A stretch of DNA of 64,000 nt from Candidatus Heimdallarchaeum aukensis (GTDB taxonomy: Archaea; Asgardarchaeota; Heimdallarchaeia; Heimdallarchaeales; Heimdallarchaeaceae): NCBI GenBank assembly GCA_021513695.1, contig CP084166.1, positions 800,001-864,000 of the forward strand, given 5' to 3'. Each line of letters starts with the position of its first letter. The first letter of the stretch is position 1. The position numbers and the translations under genes were made by a program. The notes beneath the pieces were generated by a model. That model made no database searches. It saw only the letters and a list, made by a program, of their open reading frames with translations, and had not been told where the DNA came from. Shown here in pieces: positions 57,897-64,000 of the stretch.

Positions 57897-58778
57897 TCAA
57901 ACAAAGGGGAATTCATCAATTTTAATTTTGCTAACGTGTTTAATAATATACTCACGCTGTTCTTTAGTAAATATTTTTTCAAATTTATTTCGCTTTTTGT
58001 TTTCTATTTTCTCATTTACTGATTTCTTCCAAGGTTCATTAGTTAAAACAATATTTTTTACCTTTTCTTTGTAATCTGTAACCATTTTTTCAGAGAAACT
58101 AATACCAAGAAAGTTACATATGTCTCTTAAAGTCTTTGATGGTTGTGTCGTTAATCTGTCATAGCTTGTGAAAATGTGATTTTCATGATTAATATATTTC
58201 TTGCTAAATAAGATTGCTTTTTTCCACTTATTAATACACTGGTCAATAGTATATCCTCCTTCCCATATTTCAGGAAATTTTGATGAAACATCGTATAGAG
58301 ATGAAACAACATCACAACCATCTCTTATTAAATGAATAAACCTTGAATTTTTTACTAATTTATCAATGTAGTCAACATAAAAAAGATGATCTGGAGTTTT
58401 TTCAACCCAAGCTAATTTGTGATTATCAAGTGTATATTCATCCAGTAGTTTGACAAAATATTTTGTGTATTGCTTTATTGTATATAAATTTCCTAAAGTA
58501 TCCCTATTATTGTTCAATTTTAAACTATCTTGAAATTCTTGTAATCTCTTCTTTGCTCGTGGGTGACCTAATGTCACATTTAGAAAGAAATTGTTTCCTA
58601 ATATGTTTCTCACGAACTTTGGGGAGATAACATAAGGAATTTTAGGTAGTAAGTAAATAAAGAAATGTGATTCAGGAAATGAAATAATATCTTCATGTGC
58701 TGCTAATAATGACTGTAAGAGGGTTGTACCTGACCTAGGGCAGCCAACAAGGAATATCCTTGATTTAATTTCATTCAT
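57897..58778 (-). CDS. Sulfotransferase
   Basis: 5'-PSB motif CPRSGTTLL and 3'-PB motif IRDGCDVVSS. Confidence 0.7.
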   Translation of the reverse strand: MNEIKSRIFLVGCPRSGTTLLQSLLAAHEDIISFPESHFFIYLLPKIPYVISPKFVRNILGNNFFLNVTLGHPRAKKRLQEFQDSLKLNNNRDTLGNLYTIKQYTKYFVKLLDEYTLDNHKLAWVEKTPDHLFYVDYIDKLVKNSRFIHLIRDGCDVVSSLYDVSSKFPEIWEGGYTIDQCINKWKKAILFSKKYINHENHIFTSYDRLTTQPSKTLRDICNFLGISFSEKMVTDYKEKVKNIVLTNEPWKKSVNEKIENKKRNKFEKIFTKEQREYIIKHVSKIKIDEFPFV

Positions 58779-59356
58779 ATATGGCTTGTATTGTTTTCCT
58801 TAAAATGTTTTTTTATAGAAACAGATGTTAGTACTCAACTAATATTGGTAATAGGAAAATATTGCAAATTTATTCAACTTTGTTAATTCTGAAAAAAGAA
58901 TTATTTAGGAATTTATTTACATTCATCTTTTAGTATTAAACGCTTTGATTGCATTTTATTACTGCATGTAGTCTGCCACCTGGTAACAGTATCTTCAGTT
59001 TCAGCTCTTGTTCTTCTGATAAAAATAGGATTAAGAAGTAATTTGCTATTAAAATAACATACTAGAACTGATTGCAATGTTTAATTATCCAGAAGGAAAA
59101 GACTACATTATTGCTTCTTCTCTTATGCGAATATAGTAGATTTCTTAGCTGTGGTCTGTATTACTAAATATGAACTACTTTTAGTATGCCATTCTCATTT
59201 ATTTATTAGTCAAAATAGAATTTTTGTACTTTTTCTTATTCATATATTCTGTCCATATTATAAATTAATAAGTCTTAATAGAAGATTCTATGATCTCTAT
59301 AATCTTGTGTTTCAAATGTTTTTAGCTGATATTATCGAAAAACAAAATATGAACAT

Positions 59357-60661
59357 TTAATCACAAGGATCCATTTCACATTTTTTGAGATATTGTTTTC
59401 TTAAACTTTCTAGACTATAAATAAATTTGTTTACTATACTATCCCAATCATAGCTTGATACAAAATTCAAACCTTTTTCACTAATCTTATCTTTAAGATC
59501 TAATGTTTCATTAACAACAGAATAAACATCTGTTGGTTTATCAATATACAAGATTCCATTGTTTTCTCCGAATTCTTTGTATACACCTTTTAGCTTTGTA
59601 CAAATAACAGGATTTCCAGCAGCTAAATATTCATACAGTTTAATAGGAACTATATTTTCCATAATTTCGTTTTTATGTGCGGGTAATAAATAGTAATCTG
59701 CTGCTTGTAAATATATTGGTATGTCTTTGAATGGAACCTGTCCAGTCAATATTATTTTCTCTGGATTTTTTAGCTCTTTTCTTTTTATTGAGATATAATC
59801 GAATAAATCTCCTTTACCGACAATCAATAACTTATATTTGTCTAAATCATCTTCATTTTTAACCATGTAATCTGTTAATTCTTTTAATCCTGAGAATTCA
59901 TATAACCAACCCATGAACATTAATACTATATCATCTTTCACAATTCCTAATCTTTTTCGAATTTGCTCTCTTTGAACTTTTGAGGAATATTTTTTAAGAT
60001 CAACACCGCCTGGTATATATACACCTTTTTCCAGATTAGCCCCCATACTCACAGAGTAATCCAGTAAACCATGATTTATTACATATATTTTATCACAATT
60101 TTTAAGAGTTCTTTTTTCAAAGGCTTTGGCAACATATTGGAGCGGTTTAACAGGAAGTAGAGTATGTAAATGATCAATTAAATAATAAATAAAAGGAATT
60201 TTATAAATTTTTGATAGTTTCTGGCCTATAAAACTGTTTAATATCCCAAACCCAATAATGAAATCTGGCTGAAATTGCTTTATCTCTTTATAAATATAAA
60301 TAAAATGCATTATAGGGATCGATAAAAAGCTTAACAATGGTATTTTTATCATTCCTGGTCTTATTAGTTCAATATTTGCTTCTGAAATAATCTTTGGTGT
60401 AGCCTTAGATTTTTTTGTAGGCTCAAATATTCTCTTAGATTGCTTTTCTTTCCATAAAAAGTCATAGTCAATAACTTTGACTTCATGCCCTAAAACGCTT
60501 AATCTTTCCATTAGATGGTGTTGTTGATGAGGGCCTCTTAGTTCCCAATCTGTTTCTTGAAGAACTAGTATTTTCATATTATCCTTTCCTATGTCTAAAC
60601 TTGATAAGAAAAAATCACTTATTAGTTTAACGTTTGAGATAAGAAATATGAAATTATTCAT
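59357..60661 (-). CDS. Family 4 glycosyltransferase; likely start at MKILVLQ (~60579)
   Basis: GT-B architecture with the C-terminal motif EYLAAGNPVICT. Confidence 0.7.
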   Translation of the reverse strand: MNNFIFLISNVKLISDFFLSSLDIGKDNMKILVLQETDWELRGPHQQHHLMERLSVLGHEVKVIDYDFLWKEKQSKRIFEPTKKSKATPKIISEANIELIRPGMIKIPLLSFLSIPIMHFIYIYKEIKQFQPDFIIGFGILNSFIGQKLSKIYKIPFIYYLIDHLHTLLPVKPLQYVAKAFEKRTLKNCDKIYVINHGLLDYSVSMGANLEKGVYIPGGVDLKKYSSKVQREQIRKRLGIVKDDIVLMFMGWLYEFSGLKELTDYMVKNEDDLDKYKLLIVGKGDLFDYISIKRKELKNPEKIILTGQVPFKDIPIYLQAADYYLLPAHKNEIMENIVPIKLYEYLAAGNPVICTKLKGVYKEFGENNGILYIDKPTDVYSVVNETLDLKDKISEKGLNFVSSYDWDSIVNKFIYSLESLRKQYLKKCEMDPCD

Positions 60662-60699
60662 TATGTATTATGTAAATGAAAGTTCCGAAATTTATTCAT

Positions 60700-61462
60700 G
60701 GTAGTGTCTAGTTTTCTTCCGACAAAAATATTTGTGGGGACTCTAATAGTAAGATATGAAAACACAAAAACTATCTGCTCTTTTTAAGAGATGCAGAGTC
60801 CCCAAAAAAATAATAATAAAAGCGATTTATGAATATATTGATTCAAAGAATGGGTTGAGGACAGTAGCATGGAAGAATGGTTTAACGCATCAAACATTAT
60901 GGTATTGGGTAAAGAAGTTCAGGCTCTTTAGGGAAAGTTTACATAGAGTTGTAGCAGAGAGAGGGGGAATACCAGAGATTATAGTAGTAGATGAAACAGA
61001 GATTAGGACCTCTCAAGGCTCAATATATCTGTGGTTCGCGTTAGATCCTTACAACAAGACTTTACTGGGTTTTAGTATTACTAAAGGACGGAGTAATCTT
61101 GAATGTTTACTAACTTTCCGTTATTGGTTCAAATGTTGGGGTTTTAAGCCCCGTATTGTCGTTACAGATGCAGGAGTATGGTATCCTGTCTTACTTCGTC
61201 TCGGTATCAAAATCTCCGTTATCAAAGGTGGTTTACGCTCCTATATTGAACGTTTTAATGCTACTCTTAAGAGTTATCGTTGGTTTCATTCTATTCTCCA
61301 CTGCACTTGTCCTATCCGTGCCGTCTATGGCTCTACTCATCTTTCTGGTTTTCTTACTCTCTTTATGCTCCATTATAATTTCGTTCGTCCTCATCAGAGC
61401 TTGGGACATCCTCCCCTTAGTTCCTTTTTACCTAGGAGGTGGTATAAAAACTAGACACTACC
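60700..61462 (+). mobile_element. IS6-family insertion sequence (763 bp) with perfect 16-bp terminal inverted repeats
   Basis: Left IR ggtagtgtctagtttt (60700-60715) is the exact reverse complement of aaaactagacactacc (61447-61462). Single transposase ORF fills the element. No flanking direct repeat. Confidence 0.7.
60756..61454 (+). CDS. IS6-family DDE transposase
   Basis: N-terminal HTH; VVDETEI...YLWFALDPYNKTLLGF...IVVTDAGVWYP...IERFNATLK matches the IS6 DDE arrangement. The stop lies inside the right IR. Confidence 0.75.
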   Translation: MKTQKLSALFKRCRVPKKIIIKAIYEYIDSKNGLRTVAWKNGLTHQTLWYWVKKFRLFRESLHRVVAERGGIPEIIVVDETEIRTSQGSIYLWFALDPYNKTLLGFSITKGRSNLECLLTFRYWFKCWGFKPRIVVTDAGVWYPVLLRLGIKISVIKGGLRSYIERFNATLKSYRWFHSILHCTCPIRAVYGSTHLSGFLTLFMLHYNFVRPHQSLGHPPLSSFLPRRWYKN

Positions 61463-61511
61463 GATACCAATATAGTAATACTTTAAAAAGGATTAATTTG
61501 AAGTTGTAGTA

Positions 61512-62684
61512 ATGGAAAACAATATATTAAAAAGGATAGGTATATTCAGTTCAGCTTTCTCTCTCTTATTAATTGCAGTTATAGTTTTTAGTTTTGTAAT
61601 AAGAAAAATAATTCTAATGATAATTATTTGGTTTAATAGAATATTTGAATCCTCAAGAATTCCAATATTGAGTATTTTCATAATATCACTAACCATACTT
61701 TTAACTTTTGGAATAATCATATTTATCTTAGGAGAGTTTTATGATTTTTTTTTCCGTAAATATCCAAGTCTTTTATTAGATAAAAAAGAATATTCATTAA
61801 CTGAAAGTGATAAAAAGAAAATTTCTGTAATAATACCTGCATACAATGAAGAGAAAACTATAGAGAAAGCAATAAAAAGCGTAAAACCTTATTGTAACAA
61901 TATTATTGTTGTAAATGATGGCTCTACTGATGATACAGCAGCTATAGCTCAAAAAAATGATGTTGTTTTAATTAATCACAAATTAAATATGGGATTAGGA
62001 ACATCTTTAAGAGACGGAATTAACAAAGCAATAGATCTTAACTCAGAAATTATTATTAATTTTGATGCAGATTTGCAGTATGTAGCTGAAGAGATAGAAT
62101 ACATGGTCTATTATATTATTCATGAAAAATATGATTTAATTATGGGATCTAGGCTTAAGGGTAAAATCGAAAAAATGTCGTTAATAAAAAAGTTTGGAAA
62201 TAAATTATATACAAGATTGTTGAGATACTTAACTCGATTAGGGATTTCAGACGGACAAACAGGTTTTAGGGCATTTACTTCTGATTTTGCAAGAAAAATA
62301 ATGATTCGTGGTGATTATACTTATACTCAAGAAATGATTTTAGAAGCAGCTGCTTGCAAAGCAAAAATAGGAGAAGTACCTATAAGCTTTAACAAAAGAA
62401 AATATGGTAAATCGCGTTTAATGAGAAACCCTTTACACTTTGCAACTTCAAGTGGTATTTTCATATTAAAAGTCCTAATAGATCTAAATCCCTTAAAAAT
62501 ATACACATTGTTTTCTGTGTTTCTATTTCTTACAGGATTTTTTGTTGGAGGGACTGAAATACTAGATTGGTTAATTACCTCTACGTTAACAAATCCAAGT
62601 TTGATTATTCTTGGAATAATAATAATGATGACAGCTTTAATAATAAATAGCATTGCTTTGTTATTTGCTTCAACAAAGAGGTGA
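61512..62684 (+). CDS. Family 2 glycosyltransferase with N- and C-terminal TM segments (GtrB/dolichyl-phosphate glycosyltransferase-like)
   Basis: SVIIPAYNEEKTIEKAI...VNDGSTDDT...DAD. Confidence 0.75.
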   Translation: MENNILKRIGIFSSAFSLLLIAVIVFSFVIRKIILMIIIWFNRIFESSRIPILSIFIISLTILLTFGIIIFILGEFYDFFFRKYPSLLLDKKEYSLTESDKKKISVIIPAYNEEKTIEKAIKSVKPYCNNIIVVNDGSTDDTAAIAQKNDVVLINHKLNMGLGTSLRDGINKAIDLNSEIIINFDADLQYVAEEIEYMVYYIIHEKYDLIMGSRLKGKIEKMSLIKKFGNKLYTRLLRYLTRLGISDGQTGFRAFTSDFARKIMIRGDYTYTQEMILEAAACKAKIGEVPISFNKRKYGKSRLMRNPLHFATSSGIFILKVLIDLNPLKIYTLFSVFLFLTGFFVGGTEILDWLITSTLTNPSLIILGIIIMMTALIINSIALLFASTKR

Positions 62685-62749
62685 TAGTAAATTACTTTGT
62701 AACTCTTCCTAAATGGAAATCATTCTTGAACTTAAGAGGTTATACATAT

Positions 62750-63943
62750 ATGAATAATAAGAAGAAAAATATTGCTATGATTGTCTATTCACATTTTGAA
62801 AGCGATGTAAGAGTAAAACGAGAAGCTTATTCCCTAAGTTCAGAAGGATACAATGTTTATTGTATTTCATTAAGGCTCAAAAATGAAGAGAGATATGAGG
62901 ATAGAAATGGAGTAAAAGTAATAAAACTATTTAAGTGGTTATCAATAATTCCAAAAGGCTCTCTATTGAGATATATTATAGGTAGCTCTCTCTTTATTTT
63001 GGCTTCGTTTATAGAATTATTAAAGATTAAGAAAAGTAAAGTAAATTTTCATGTAATTCATATTCATAATCCCCCAGACCACTTAATATTGTCTGGTTTA
63101 CTGTTTAAATGGATTTATAATGCAACTTTAGTTTTAGATAGACATGAACCTTTTGCTCTCCAAATTGTAAGTAATCTTGGTAAAAGTGAAGAATCTATCT
63201 TATATAAGATTTTAAGCGCTTATGAATGCATTGTCTATAAATTTGTAGACTATTTTATAGTTGTAAACAATATTGAGAAAAATGATGTACGATTGATAAC
63301 TAATAATAAACCTGTATATACAATAAGAAATTCATTTAATAATACTATCAATAACAATAAAATCCAAGGAAGAGAGAGAGTTGAAAATGAACATCATTTT
63401 TTAATTTTATATCAAGGTTTTATATCAGAGAGAAGAGATATTGATACACTTATTGAAGCAATTGACATATTAAGAAAAAAATATAGTGACATCAGATGCT
63501 ATATAATTGGAGACGGTGATTACTTACAAAAATCTATAGATATGGTAAAAAAAAGAGGGCTTTCAAGTTTCATCTATTTTCTTGGTTGGTTAGAACAAAA
63601 TGAACTTTTCAAGTTTATTGAAAGGTCACACGTTTGCTTGATCACTTTAAAAAACATTCCTGTTTATCAAAGAGCCACTCCTAACAAACTTTTTGAATAT
63701 ATGTATTTTAAAAAACCTATTATTGCAGCAGACTTACCACTAATACGTAATTTATCAGAAAATCAATGTGAATTATATGAACCTGGAAATTCTAAAGATT
63801 TAGCTAAAAAAATAATTAAGATAAGAGAGAACATGACATTATTCAAAAAGAAAACAGAAGAGTATGAAAAAATATTAAGTAAGAATCTATGGGTTGTAGA
63901 TGAGAAGAAATTAATATTAATGTACAGAAAAATAATAGGGTAA
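62750..63943 (+). CDS. Family 4 glycosyltransferase; ATG at 62750 preferred over the track start 62681
   Basis: GT-B fold; C-terminal region is typical of GT4. Confidence 0.7.
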   Translation: MNNKKKNIAMIVYSHFESDVRVKREAYSLSSEGYNVYCISLRLKNEERYEDRNGVKVIKLFKWLSIIPKGSLLRYIIGSSLFILASFIELLKIKKSKVNFHVIHIHNPPDHLILSGLLFKWIYNATLVLDRHEPFALQIVSNLGKSEESILYKILSAYECIVYKFVDYFIVVNNIEKNDVRLITNNKPVYTIRNSFNNTINNNKIQGRERVENEHHFLILYQGFISERRDIDTLIEAIDILRKKYSDIRCYIIGDGDYLQKSIDMVKKRGLSSFIYFLGWLEQNELFKFIERSHVCLITLKNIPVYQRATPNKLFEYMYFKKPIIAADLPLIRNLSENQCELYEPGNSKDLAKKIIKIRENMTLFKKKTEEYEKILSKNLWVVDEKKLILMYRKIIG

Positions 63944-64000
63944 TTATCATTAAATAAAAGTTTAGCTAACAGATAATATGGGTCGTAAATCCCAAACCCA

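Noticed and set aside
61156-61509. 117-aa ORF overlapping the 3' part of the transposase gene
   Set aside because: It is an alternative frame inside an IS element whose main ORF carries the DDE motifs, and it extends past the right inverted repeat.
1-64000. CRISPR arrays
   Set aside because: No series of regularly spaced identical 25-40 nt direct repeats was seen anywhere. The only recurring elements are the 3 TTTCAACC motifs and the ~60-nt dispersed repeat.

Overview
This is an AT-rich (roughly 28-30% GC by eye) archaeal chromosomal segment with about 60 protein-coding genes. The gene content suggests an Asgard/Loki-type archaeon: an archaeal ether-lipid gene (CDP-archaeol synthase, carS) sits alongside eukaryote-like proteins (a Rab-family small GTPase, a second atypical small GTPase, and a steroid-5-alpha-reductase/polyprenol-reductase family protein). 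The first third (1-25.8 kb) is mixed housekeeping and accessory genes. It holds a tandem calcineurin-like phosphoesterase next to a divergent RtcB ligase paralog and a glycerophosphodiester phosphodiesterase. It also holds CutA, an M3 oligoendopeptidase, an MFS transporter, a permease paired with a thioredoxin-like protein, a radical SAM enzyme, MazG and IlvE. The middle (26-42.7 kb) holds secreted/membrane proteins, an ABC-2 exporter, a lipid head-group cluster (CarS, MobA-like nucleotidyltransferase, PAP2 phosphatase, alpha/beta hydrolase, acyltransferase-like membrane protein), a membrane-tethered wHTH regulator, a PepSY-like repeat protein and a CDF metal exporter. The last third (43-64 kb) is a surface-glycan biosynthesis island: sugar nucleotidyltransferase, three SDR epimerases/dehydratases, WecB, GT2 and GT4 glycosyltransferases, a Wzx-like flippase, a sulfotransferase and a 705-aa polytopic membrane protein. 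It is interrupted by a 763-bp IS6-family insertion sequence with perfect 16-bp inverted repeats. No CRISPR array, rRNA gene or convincing tRNA gene was found. Non-coding observations: a dispersed ~60-nt repeat family in 3' intergenic regions (21.7 kb, 54.6 kb, 55.0 kb); a 570-bp gene-free gap between convergent genes that may hold a structured RNA with weak RNase P-like motifs; a tandem TTTCAACC motif array upstream of a secreted-protein gene; and scars of a segmental duplication around the cutA/permease/thioredoxin locus. All functional calls come from recognising sequence motifs by eye, with no database searches.
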